In this document: in pieces, positions 1-12,379 of the stretch
Layout of the letters: each line of letters opens with the position of its first letter
How positions within the stretch are numbered: the stretch's first letter is position 1
Source: Neoconidiobolus thromboides FSU 785
Taxonomy: Eukaryota; Fungi; Entomophthoromycota
DNA length: 59,872 nt
Assembly: GCA_025603075.1 (NCBI GenBank)
Contig: MU626385.1
Location: 1-59,872, forward strand
Direction: 5' to 3'
The notes under the pieces: generated by a model
What the model saw: only the letters and a program-made list of their open reading frames with translations
Databases searched by the model: none
Told to the model about the DNA's origin: nothing
Program-made: the position numbers and the translations under genes

Positions 1-95
1 ACCCTAACCCTAACCCTAACCCTAACCCTAACCCTAACCCTAACCCTAACCCTAACCCTAACCCTAACCCTAACCCTAACCCTAACCCTAACCCT
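1..95 (+). repeat. Telomeric repeat (CCCTAA)n / (TTAGGG)n, left chromosome end
   Basis: About 16 perfect ACCCTA units from base 1, ending abruptly at accct|ggatc; C-rich strand at the 5' end as expected for a left telomere. Confidence 0.98.
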
Positions 96-902
96 GGATC
101 TTATTTTTTACCATATAAAACATCCCTTAATCTCAATCATCTTACAAATCCCTGCACAAATCATTCCAAAAACACAGTTTACTAACTTTCGACTACATAT
201 ATCACTCCTGCCGCCAAAGAGTTTCTTTACTGATGCTGCACTCAACCCTACCCAAACTATACACCATTAAGAAAACTTATCCCTTAAATGTGCCCTAAAT
301 TCTTATTTTTACAATTTTATCTTAAATCTTGTAAATCAATCTTTCCCTTTAAAGATGTTACCTGATAAACTATAATTTTTGTATTAACTTGATTTGCCGC
401 CTGTGTAAACCTTATAATAGTATCTCAATTATAATTTTAAAATTCCCAATTACAATCAAAAATTCCATAAATCAAAAAGTCCCTTATTACAAAACTATCA
501 ATATTTAGCTACTGATGAGATAACTCGAATACTTATTATAAAAGTAATAGCTAATAGGTGTTATGAGTTTGTGTTTCAGTTGAATTTTTAAATATTTATT
601 GGCTTTTTAATATTATTTTTATTTAAGTATTTTTATTTTGTCTGTATTACTTTAAACTACTTTTGGTCGTATTATAATTATAACCCAGCATTCAGTCTTA
701 CACTCATTAATTTTATCTAACCCTAACTCTAAAAATAACTCTAAAAATATTATTGACCTTAAAAATATCCCCAAAACTTTACCTTTATTTTAATTTATTA
801 TAAAAAAAATTTACTATTTAATTTCAAAAAACGCTGCTCTCATATTTTAATGCTTATATTTAGTAATTATAATAAAAAATAGTTATTGTTATACTTTCTA
901 TA

Positions 903-1300
903 TATAGCTGTTTAGTGTAAAATATCGGTTTGTCAGCTCCGTGATTGATTATAGCATAATAATCACTTAAGTTGTTGTGTTCTCGAGTTCAGAAACAATC
1001 AATCCCATGCTCTTAATTTGATTTGCGACGAGAATTTTTGCCATTTGGCTCCGAGGGACCTTGTCCTCCTGTATTAACATTCACACTTGTTGGAGTATAA
1101 AAGAGATTTTAGAACATAATAACTTGAGGCTTTTTAATTGAATTGTTCCTTGATATTATACTTTTAATAAAGCCGCTAAATCTTTCTGGTGGTATTTTAC
1201 ACATATTTTACAGCAGTACTGTATATTCTACCTGTCTTACATGGTCCATAACTTATTACATGATATTCTTTATAATTCGAGTCTATCTTAGCTACATAAA
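903..1300 (-). pseudogene. Degenerate coding-derived repeat, copy 1 (possible retroviral-type integrase relic)
   Basis: Aligns by eye in direct orientation with 59493-59872. Minus-strand translation has stops and frameshifts and gives YCCKIC..., GPSEPNG/KILVA..., ELENTT fragments weakly like Ty3/Gypsy integrase. The repeat itself is certain; the integrase identity is weak. Confidence 0.45.
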
Positions 1301-1565
1301 CTAAGACCTTTTGACTCCAATCACTGAGTATTAGATTTCACACTTATTATATATTATTTTTATTAGTTTAAGTTTACCTTAATTATATAAACTAGGATTT
1401 TTTAATTTACAGCTAGTTAATTAAGCAAAAATTACTTTTAATTTTAACCATTAAGCATTAATTTTTATATCAAACTGTTATTTATCTTAAATAATTACTT
1501 ACTTTTTTATTTAATACTTACTATTTTAAAATTAATAAATAAATGGGTTTTTTAAAATAAGTAAT

Positions 1566-1662
1566 GGGGATGTATTTTTTTGTTTAAGAATTTTACTACA
1601 ACCTTTCCACTCAAATAGTGCTTAAAAAATAGAAAAATAATGAAACCAAAAAAAACAGCCCC
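1566..1662 (+). mobile_element. ~97-bp MITE copy 1
   Basis: GGGGATGTATTTTTTTG...CCAAAAAAAACAGCCCC; TSD TAAT/TAAT. Confidence 0.9.
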
Positions 1663-2030
1663 TAATAATAAAAGCAAAGAATTCTAGCTAATTGATTTAG
1701 AAGTGTAATAAAAACTAATTATAATTATTTGCATTATAAAATATATAAAGTATTAAAATTCAATTAAAATAAATATTTAAATAGATTAAATTACCAGTTT
1801 AAATAAAGCGTTTTGTAATTAATGCTAAATATTAGTATTTGGTTATAATATATTATAGCTATAAAGTACCCAGTAAAGCACTAATATTATAATGATCTGT
1901 GAAATTTAAAAAGACATTAATTTGATTATACTTTATTAAACAAGTCAATAAATAAATATGTTTATTTAATGTTTATCCTTAACGGCTAAATTTCAAAATA
2001 AGATTGAAATCTAACTACAAATTTAAATAT

Positions 2031-2124
2031 GAGGATTTGTTTTTATGTTTAAGAATTTTACTAACAATTTTTACAATCAAATAGCGCTTAAAAGATAAAC
2101 AGTGATAAAGCCAAAAAAAACCTT
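2031..2124 (+). mobile_element. MITE copy 2
   Basis: Family core TTTAAGAATTTTACTAAC...CAAATAGCGCTTAAAA; TSD ATAT/ATAT. Confidence 0.85.
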
Positions 2125-2461
2125 ATATACTTTTTTATGTTATAGTAATATTATACTTTAATTTTTCATAATTAAATTAAGTAATATTTAACTCTACTGA
2201 TAAAAAATAATAAAACTGATTAAACTAGTTTTTATCGAATAAACTTGAAATTAGGTATTAAGTTTTGTAATTATTGTAATTTCTTAAATTCAAGTCACAC
2301 AGTATCATTTAAACAAGTTTATTTCGAAATCACGATTTACAGCTGCCGCAGTTATATTGCAAATTACCAAATTGCTTATTTAGAGACTTTATATCAAGAT
2401 TCATCTAATATGAGTCGGGGTTTAAAATATTAGCTATATAAATAATTTGACTACAAAAATT

Positions 2462-3169
2462 TTATCAAAAGACCCAAAAGCTGCAATCAAGTGTTTAGTC
2501 ACTATAGTAAATTTTCAAAAGGAATATACAAGTAAAACGGTACAATAAAGTAAGTTTTTACAGAAAAACTTTTTAAAACAGAAGCTCAAGTACAGAGCTT
2601 TAGTGCCATTAGATAAGTTCCAGTTAGTACTTGAGGAGATGTAGAACCTTTCTACTCCAGAAATTGAAACATGCATAGCCAATTTATTAAATCATTTTAA
2701 GGTGAATCTCAATGACCAGATAAGTAAACTAAATTCAGAGTAATGTAAGAATGCCAATTTTGACTAATACACAAAGCTATTTCATGACTCCACCTATATG
2801 TTTTCCTTACAACAATTCGGGTGAAAAAGAGAAGCCAGTCGCTAATAACTAAGACTTTTTAATAGTACTTTAGATAAGCTTTTTATCTTGCTATGCATTT
2901 TCGATAGCATAGAGCCTTTAATAACAACAATAAGCATTGTAGAATTAACTCATTTCCCTATTTCTTTAGAATGCTTTGCGCTACCTGACTCTACATTTAT
3001 TAAAAAATATTATGATAAACTCAAAGTGATAGATGGTAGTATTTTAAAGGAAAGTTTTTTCAAATTTAGTGAAGTTTATAATAAAGTTATTTGCTTGCTA
3101 AAGCTTAACAATATTATGCTTGGTGTCCAGCAATTTCTGGTTCAGTTCTTATGCTTACAAAAGGAATGA
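2462..3169 (+). pseudogene. Decayed subtelomeric reading frame of unknown origin
   Basis: One protein-like frame (LSKDPKAAIKCLVTIVNFQKEY...LCLQKE) running into track ORF 2888-3169, interrupted by about 7 in-frame stops; no family recognised. Confidence 0.4.
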
Positions 3170-4809
3170 TTCATAAAGCATTGATTCATAAAGCATTGAA
3201 TTAAACCAACCAATGCTATATGGTACCTACTCCAATATTTTCAATCAAAGCTTAATGAGGTATCAAACTTTTAAAAGCCTTGCCTGTCTTCAAGTTTCTT
3301 TATCCTCTTTAAAGACTCGTTCGACATTCTGTTAAGTGGGAATAATCTAAGCACCCACTCTGAAGATAGTTATAGAAACAATCGCGACGGCATTATTATT
3401 GAAAACACCCTTTGAAATAACTATAACATGAAAATATTTTCTGAATTAGTTAATTTGATTGGTGATAGTGTAAAACTAAATACCAAGTTTCCAATAAAAA
3501 CAGAGTTTTTTGATGAGATTATGAATTTATTTCCAAAAGTAATGTATTAACACTATAATATTAGTATCAAATGGTCTTTAGATACAAACTCTAAGTTTAT
3601 TGAGTTAGTTGCTTTGGTCCCCTTAGAATCATTATACTTAGTGTTCACAAGGCAAAGGAATGAGTCAAATTAAACATTAGCATCTAAAAAGGTTTATTTT
3701 AAGCAATTAAAAAGCTATTTATTAAGCTATTCAGGTTTGTTCTAAACTATATAGCTAAGCCTAAAAGTTATGCTTATTTACAAAGAGTGACGTTACTGAA
3801 TGAATGAAAGGAGTGCCTTTTTCTTGAGTTATTAGTTGTATTCTATAAAATATTAAAGAATGGTAGCTTTAAATCCATTGACCTTCAAGATAAGTTGATA
3901 ATTTTTGATCAATCCTTAATTTATTTGAAAGTTTTTTTCCAGTTTAATGACTCTTCATTTAGCGGCTTTGCGGTAACAACATACAATTGTTATTTTATCT
4001 ATAAAGAATTCTATAAAAGATTAGGCTCGTTTGAGCAAACGTAAATTGTTCTCAAAAGGATTAAATTCAATACTGAAGCACATGATTTTTTTAATCACAC
4101 AATTTATGTAATAAATACATGCCTGGTCCTTTTTGGGAAATGGTTTTGATAAAATACTGTACATCCGGCTATCAAGGCATGAAGGGACAATTTCTAGTAA
4201 ATCATAATATGATACCTGTCTTCAGTAAGGTTATCGGGATTTTATTTCTTAAAGACTATCACCTTTTAAACCCATCATACATAACTAATACTTTATATAT
4301 ATCAAAAGTGCTGACGATGATGAGGTTATAGCAATATTCAATTGAATTTATCCGAATTTTTATAAAGTATTTTGCCTTAAAGCATACCAAGTCTTAAGCA
4401 AACGTTGTTAAGAAAGAATCTAGTAAAACGTCCCATGCACTTAGCTATATCAAGGATTGTAGCGCACTCAAGTAATATCATTATAAATACTGTAAAGTTA
4501 TATCGATTTAATAACTTTACAAAAAATTTTAACCCCTCAGCTTACTCCTTCATATATCTTGAGAACTCTTCAAGCGATTATGACATTATAGTAGTTGAAT
4601 CTGTATATAGCTTATTTACTAAAACATTCTCAATTTTTGAATTTTAAAACAATGTTTCAAAAGAGTTTGTAGCATCACACTTTGTATTTTTATTAGTTCA
4701 TAGCCTTGTGTTTTCGGCTCAAAACCCAAATTATTACTAAAGTCAAAGGACAAAAACAATAGTTGTAAATTTGACCATTATGAAAAATCGCTAAATGACA
4801 TAGATATAG

Positions 4810-6189
4810 ATATAGATATGAGATTTTAAAAGGATTATTCGAAATACTTAAACAACTAGAAAATAATGAGGAATGGATGAAATTGTTAGGCTTTATTCCA
4901 CTTGAAAAAAACTATTCATATAGTATTATTAGTATTGCGAAATCAGATTTGTATAAACTGATTGTAGTAAAACATTGTTTAGTCCCATTAACGAAAGAAA
5001 TTATAGAAATGTCACAAGGTATCTAATCAAACCAATACATTAAATAAACCATATTTAACCAACCATTAGTATAGTTATGAAAAAAATGAACTTGCTTCGA
5101 TTATAAACCTGGTTTTTAAAATTATGTTATGTTATACTATGTTATGTTATGTCATTAAAACGATATATTTGTAGGTTCATTGGGAGCCAAATTTAATAAC
5201 TTAGAAATATATTAAAACATTACAACTATTCTATTTATAAAAAAGCAATTAAATTCAAGTTGATAAAAGTCTTAACTGAGGAAATTTTACATAAGTATGA
5301 ATCTATAAAAAATATTTATAATGAAGCTGAAATAGATGATAATATATGCAGTTTAAAACGATAAGAATATGTGAGTTTAGCCCATTGTAGATTATCTCCC
5401 TATGCTTACTATTTCCTTTGTTTCGAAAGAACCCATTTGATTATACTCCTGCTTTATATACAGTTCTATCATGGAACTTCAAAACATCATTTAGTGTCTT
5501 GTTTCAAATGCTATTTAATTTAAGTGATAGTGATAATGAAAATTCATATCAACATATTCAATCGCTGGCTAATTCATCAAAACGTAAATCAGCTGCATAT
5601 GCAATAAAATACAATCTCTTCTTTAAAGCTAACGATGTGTATAAGGAATTAAATATAAACTTTATGAAAGTGAAAAGCAAGCTTAAATTGATTGGAAAAC
5701 CAACACTTGAAGAATATGACCTAATCTTATTTAGTAGTAATATTGACAAAATATTAAATAGTAATGATATTAATAAAGTAACAATTAAAGATAAGAATGA
5801 TGATGGAGTATATAGGACGTCTAAAACGCCCATAGATGCAATCAAATTCGTGCCATCAAAGTTCAATTGTAATTTTGATAACAAAAGTTCAGGAAATAAT
5901 GAGAAAACTATTGAGTTATCTCATAGCGATTTTAACTTATTAAGTTTAATAGAATCAATATTTGAGTGTTTTTTTATTTCACTATTTTTTCCATTTTTAA
6001 GCTCTACTTGAGTGGAAAAATTGTTAAAAAAATCTTTAAACAAATATATCCCCAATATTGATTTTAGTGATCAGCTTTATAGATATCGTTGAAGTCTTAA
6101 GAGCATTGATATTAAAAGGATTATTAGAATTTTCCAACAAATATGATGTTAATATCTTTCAGTTACATTGTTTTGTCCATTATGTTTAA
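4810..6189 (+). pseudogene. Uncharacterised gene relic disrupted by a MITE
   Basis: Coding-like segments at ~4810-5026 (YEILKGLFEILKQLENNEEW...) and ORF 5418-6011, whose end is MITE-derived. The frame continues to 6189 if the MITE is removed. Confidence 0.4.
5961..6053 (-). mobile_element. MITE copy 3 (inserted in ORF 5418-6011)
   Basis: Reverse-orientation core TTTTCCATTTTTAAGC..CTACTTGAGTGGAAAAATTG..ATATCCCC; TSD AATA/AATA. Confidence 0.85.
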
Positions 6190-6255
6190 TTTACTCAATT
6201 TGTGTAGAAAAAAGTAGTAAGTTCCCAAGTACTTGGAAAAGTCAGAACTAAATAT

Positions 6256-6353
6256 AAGGCTATATTTTCGTGCTTAGGAATTTTACCAACAAATTTTCCA
6301 CTCAAATAGTGCTTAAAAGATGGAAAAAATGATGAAGCCAGAAAAACATCCCC
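6256..6353 (+). mobile_element. MITE copy 4
   Basis: Family core, right TIR AAAAACATCCCC; TSD ATAT/ATAT. Confidence 0.88.
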
Positions 6354-6516
6354 ATATCTTTATCATAATATTATTTATATAAATAAATTTTTAGAAATTC
6401 AAGATGATCAGTTTAATTCAGCTTTTGTTTCGATAATTTATAAGTTTAGCCTAAATATTATAGCTGGATTTTTGGCTGAATTATATTTCAGAAAACTTGA
6501 GTATATTTTAATATAT

Positions 6517-6611
6517 GGGGATGTTTTTTGGCTTCATTACTTTCCTATTTTTGAGCGCTATTTGAGTAGAAAGATTGCTAGTAGAATTTTTAAACGAAAA
6601 AATACATCCTC
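6517..6611 (-). mobile_element. MITE copy 5
   Basis: GGGGATGTTTTTTGGC...AAAAAATACATCCTC; TSD ATAT/ATAT. Confidence 0.9.
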
Positions 6612-6971
6612 ATATTAATAAAAATAGTTCTAAAAAAAATATTAATCTAACTAATATTATACTTTTCAATTCAATGTATTTTGACTTCGATATTATCAAA
6701 AATAACTCGATCAGAATCATTACTTTATTGATAGCTTTATAATTTTATAATTTTAAAAATAGTATAAACATTGATTTATATTTAAATAAATTATTGTATT
6801 AATTTTAATATTTATTTACATTTGTTAATTATAATAAATTATAAGTTATTTTGATTTATATTACGCTAATATATTATTTAATAAAACTAAATTATCAGAA
6901 TATCGTATTTTATAAAAAAAAATTTATTTTACTTTAAATTTCATAGAAAATATAAAGCTTTGGATGTAAAC

Positions 6972-9394
6972 TTAATTTCCACCCCATTCACCATCAAAAC
7001 CGTTGAACCCCTATTTTTAAATTAATACATTAAATAAATAAATAAATAAACTAATTTTTACAGTCATCAAAAATACTGGGAAAAAAGGCTTTTTCTCAAT
7101 TGAAGAACACCAATTCCATGCAGAAGTTAACCTACCATCAATACAAGAACCTAAGATTATTAATTACTATTTTGAAACGAATATTAAATAAATTACCAGC
7201 ATCAAAAAAGTTATCTGCTCCGGAACCATCAAATGCACTTCTAAAAAAGTCTGCAAGAATAACTTTGCGTAAATTGGCAATACTTTCAAATGTATTATTA
7301 ATATATTTTAATAATCCATTATCGTATTCTTTCATTTTACGTCTTTCTTCAAGATTATCTAAATATTCTAAGCAACGTACTATTGGATTAAGTATACGAG
7401 CAACTTGGTTATATTTATCAATAAAAACTAAAGCATTTGGTACATTTCGATCTCCGAGATGAATTACGGATGAACCTACCCAATAACCAACCTTTTGTTG
7501 AGCACGATGTAACGTACGGTGTGCAATTTTAGATACATTAGGGCAGTTTTGAACACGATTAAGCCCTTGTCCAGTATCACGGAGTCTATAGATATTTGGT
7601 CCAAGTAAATCTTCATCTGCATAATACCAAAACATAAACATATCATGTAATATTTCTCTCCATAGAGTCAATGTTTGATGGACATATTGATATTGTGTTT
7701 CATGACTATGAGATAACCTTGCTCCACCTCTTCCACTAGCAATAGCCAAATTGAATTGGATCTCGGAAGGCTTATTTGGTGAAAAATAAGTTGAAAGATA
7801 TTTAAGCATACGATCACAAGGATCACTTATAAATTAAATGTCATTATGTATTTATGTTTATGAATATTATTATTTACCGGTTGAATCTTAAATACGCATG
7901 GTTATCACCAATCGAATAAAGACATGTTTTAATCTCATCAGGAGTTAAATTTTCATTTGAGTACTTTTGACTTAAAAATTCAATTGATCTTTCTTTTAAT
8001 TTTATCTCCATTTGAATTGCGCTCCTGGATTTACCTTCTGCAATAATTTCTTTAGTGGCTTGCATCATATGTTCATTGTTCAACAGCTCTAAGCCATTTC
8101 TTTCTTGAAGGAAATTATAAACTGTAGCAATAGGCTTGATACATGAAAATCCCAACATTTCCTGTACTTCTGGTATACAAGAATCCTACCAATAAAATGA
8201 ATAAATAAATAAAATTAACAATCATATAATAATACATACTTGGAGCAAGAACATTAATTTTCCATAAGCAGTACGCATTTTTTCTGGATTCATGACCTTA
8301 TATCTACGCCCTATTTCAAACAAATCTTGGAAAAAAAATTCATTTTCTTCAAAACTTTTTGTTGCAAACAGTTGTTGGCCTCTCCTATAATCACTATTTT
8401 ATAATTAATTTACAAAATTACGCTCATTTAATAAAAATAAGATTACCAAGCAACCTAAAGTTATAATTAAATTAAGTTAAATTAAATTAAATAAAATTAT
8501 ATACTTACCATAAGCCCTGACAAAATTGCACAGATATCTTTAATTTGATGTACAATTCTTTTGTTCTTATTCCCATACATCAAAATATCAATTTTATCAA
8601 CATACTCACTGACGTTTAATGCGGATTCTAATCTGAAATAATTAATATTTTCTAGCTGTAAATTTTATAATAATTTACAATCTTAGTTTCTTTCTATCAT
8701 TTACAGATAATCTTAATGGGATATATTTAGACCTACATTAATGAATAAAATTAGAGTCATAAAATAATCATTTCAAATCAAATATTATACCTTTCAATTA
8801 TCCATTCTCCAAAAGATGAACCTGTAGTAATAACTGTACCTAGATTACTATCAAATTTTATTTCTTGATCTATGGGCTAATAAAATTAAAAAATCTTTCA
8901 AAATTTAAAATAATTACTGTTGATGTACGGGTAGAGTTAGGAGTACTTTTTAATGAATCAATACGTGAGTTACTGGGATTAGCACTTATTTGTTCAGAAA
9001 TGGCGTTTGCTTGTGGTACTTGTAAAGATTTCGTTGAATGATTTTTTCTTTTTCCAGTTCTATGAATCATATGGAAGCATACTTCGCAAAAATCTTCATC
9101 ACACTGTTCACAAAATAACCCTGCCTATTAAAGAAATAAATGATATGACATAGTATTTAATATCTTTAAAATTACTTTTTGGTCTCTGCATTCTACGCAA
9201 AATCCTTGGTCAGCTGGAGAGACATTATCAGAGTTATTTTCCGAGTCATTGGCCTCGTTTTCTACGGCCCCAACTTCAATATTATCTTCGTCTTCTGAGT
9301 TTGTTTCTAAAATATTTCCTAAAGTGGATTTAACAGGGTGAACTTCTGTTGACGAAGGTTCAATAGCATCACTTTCTATATGCTTTTCCTCCAT
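6972..9394 (-). CDS. UPF0652/DUF2009 family protein with N-terminal B-box-type zinc finger (multi-exon)
   Basis: Spliced: FCVECRDQKAGLFCEQCDEDFCEVCFHMIHRTGKRKNH; AIASGRGGARLSHSHETQY, RDTGQGLNRVQ, WVGSSVIHLGDRNVPNALVFIDKY, FDGSGADNFFDAGSCIDGRLTSAWNWCS, GFNGFDGEW stop. These motifs are characteristic of DUF2009. Confidence 0.85.
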
Positions 9395-9829
9395 TGAATC
9401 AACTTTTTTAAAACGTTTTTGTGGTGGAGTTAAAATTTTGATTTAATTTATATTAAAATAATGAACAAGTAAATATAGTACTTTTAATTTAGAATTTAAG
9501 TCTAAAACAATTCAACTTTGCACTCTTTTCAAATAGCAAATAATTTTAACTTTTGTCATTTTTTAATGATAACTTAAGCCTGTTAAATTTTTTGTATTTA
9601 CAATAAATCTCATTGGCTAACTTACAAATTAAAGTTCTTTTGATTTTAATAAGTTAAAATCAATAAAATTATATTTCTATGTTATATTTATTATTTTAAT
9701 ACTATAATAAATTTTGGAATATCATTATTAATATTTAAATAAAACTAAATGCAATATTTCAGATTAAGTTATAATATAAAAGCTCAAATATAAGTTTAAA
9801 TATAGTTTATTATTTGACATTATTACACA

Positions 9830-12379
9830 TCATAAATTTTTATTAAGCTCAAACATCTAAAAAAAATAAGATCAACAATTTTAACTATAAATATATTAAT
9901 TACTAAGCTTAAGGCTCTCATCATCATTCCGCGATTGAAAGGATTCGAATTCATTGGCTCTTCCATTTGCGAAGATCTAGTATAAAATGAATGTAATAGA
10001 TCTTCATTAACTACATTATTAGCATCAGTGGTGTGCCCAATATCTTGCTTAGAAGACATTAATTCATTTGTTTCCCCTTCCTTAATAGAGTAAGTTGTAA
10101 AATCTTTAACTTTGTTTAAAAATAATGAACTTGTTGGATCTTCTGGAAACCAATCAGGATTATGTCCCTATTTTTAAGGTTTAGTTTAATTCTATTAAAA
10201 TACAAATTCAATTACTTTAAAAGTAATAATTGATTTTTCTAATTTTCCGTCTTTTGAAGTATATTTTCTATTTAAAGTATTATTATCTAAGGTTGATGGT
10301 ACGCCAGACTAATATATTTGTAAATATTAACTATTTAAAATCAAACATTAATGTACCTTTTTATCCCCGTGTTTTTGTAAATTGAATGAGGCAAAAGAGC
10401 ACACGTAACCTAACCCAGATTCTTTAGAAGAACACTCTCGAAATAAATCAACTATATCAAAGCTTGAGTCTGGTAGTGAAAATAGCAAGATATATGGTGT
10501 AATAAATAAGCCAAATATTTCATGAATTAATTGTACAACTTGTAAAGTAAACATTGAAGCAAATTCTTGTCTCACCTTATATAAATGGTCAAAATGTACT
10601 TAATAATTATAAATAGCCTTACTTTCTCTGAATGAAGTTTGTCATGCCAAGCTTTCGGCATATAATGTAAATATTCTAAAAGCATGGCTAGATGTGATTC
10701 TGCATTAATAATTTTGGCTTTTTCAGCCACTGGAGGGCGAGTTATTGCTAATACCATTCCTAATATCGCTGTACACGCCAATACTGACCTTCCACCAATG
10801 ATCTCAAATTGTAAAACTGCTTCTGAATCAAATATTGCTAATACAGCAAATGCTCCTGCTAAAGTTCCAGCAATAAAAGTTATAAATTTCATTAGTTTAT
10901 CTGTTTTTTCTTTAGGAAAATGATTCAAGTATTCTACAGCTATAGGGTATGAGTTATCAATCCTATTTCGGAAGTGATGTGGAAGTTCATTAAACTCTCT
11001 AAATTTCCATTGTGATAGTAAAGTGTATTGCCTTATACCTAATGCTTTAGGATTTTTGTAGTATTCCTAGATGAATTTCAAGTTAGTAAAAAAGACACCA
11101 GAAACTAGATATTACCTCAAAATATCTAAAAACAAAAAAGCAAACTGTATAAATAACTATCACTGGCCCAAAAATTAAATTAATAAGGCCCATTAATTTA
11201 AATTTGCGATTGAGCCTAAATAGAAAGTTAATTTTAAAAACAATAAACGATAATCAATATACTTTGATGCCCAAATCTTCTTTTCTTCTCTATTAAGTAT
11301 CCCTCTATTGAGTTTGCCTCGAGAATCAAAGAAAGTGGTATCAATACAAAAGGATATATTCCATTCTAAACCTTTTGTTAAAGCTATTGGATAAAACCAT
11401 CCGCCAAGCATTCTAGGGAATTGTATTCCCAATTTAAGTTTATTTAAATTATAAAGAGCAATAAGGTAATTTTCTTTCCGTAAAATAAGATGTGAAATTT
11501 TGTAAGCGTCCAATTTAGCAGCTCCTAAATTGGCAGTTGTTATTACCAAATCGCTGCTTGGGGCATCTAAACGATTGATTCTTTTTGTTACTTCCTTCCA
11601 ATCAACAGATTGCATATCTTCCTAGTCCAAAAATAAGCATATCTAAGTAAAATAAATGAACTAAAGCTTTACGTTTGGTATCCCTAAAACTTTGGTATAA
11701 AAATGATACATTTCCAAAAGATCTCTCGTTTCATAAATAATTTTAGCTAGATATCCTACTATAATAAAACCAAAGAAAATTAATCCAAGCTTAGCTAAAG
11801 CTGGCAGCCTAAATTAATTTTAATATCCAGTAACAAAAAGCATATAACACAACTTACTCATGTAAGCATTTCTCAGCAATAGCGTCATTTAAGCTATTTC
11901 CTGGTTTAAATTTATCATAATTTAGACATCCTCCAGTAAAAGTCAAGAAAGAAACAACAAATACCATGGACCTTAAATATAGTTATTTTAATAAAATAAG
12001 ATCATTTATTGTCTTACAATAAATTCAATATCTCAGATAAAACTATACAATGGATGCCTTTCCCTTCATAATAATAATATACATTTCGCAGGTATTGATC
12101 TAAATTCCCAACTTTTTCCCAATTGAATTGATATGGCTCAGTTACATTTTTAATTCTTTCTTTTCTATTTGTTCTCTTCTTTGTCTTTTTTCCTGGTTTT
12201 AGATGCTGATCTATATTAGATTCATAGGTATTCATTTCTAATATAAGCGAAGGTGGGGCGTCTAATTCGTCTCCATCGAAGTCTTCATTTTGTCTGCTAA
12301 ATTCCTCCAGGCTACCAGTGTTTATAGTTAAGTCGGAACCCTCATCATTTAAACGAAGCTGCTCATATCTATGTGCCAT
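9830..12379 (-). CDS. ATG9: Autophagy-related protein 9 (lipid scramblase), multi-exon
   Basis: WEKVGNLDQYLRNVYYYYEGKG, KENYLIALYN, LTKGLEWNI, FITFIAGTL, HYMPKAW, LFITPYILLFSLP, DLFRECS..GLGYVCSFASFN are Atg9 motifs in order. Confidence 0.92.

Noticed and set aside
2245-4647. Short track ORFs 2245, 4119 and 4405 as intact genes
   Set aside because: They have non-ATG or weak starts and no motifs, and lie in a decayed subtelomeric zone.
3167-5152. 15-bp tandem duplication (3167-3196), (ATATAG)n at ~4800 and (TTATG)n at ~5122-5152
   Set aside because: These are ordinary slippage microrepeats with no sign of function.
5558-5884. Shadow ORFs (5558-, 7100+, 10684+, 13459-, 14745+, 16157-, 17407+, 17444-, 20477-, 31128+, 33712+, 33922+, 37686-, 40974-, 44655+, 47214-, 53961-, 57472+)
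   Set aside because: They are antisense or off-frame overlaps of better-supported genes, with no recognisable motifs.
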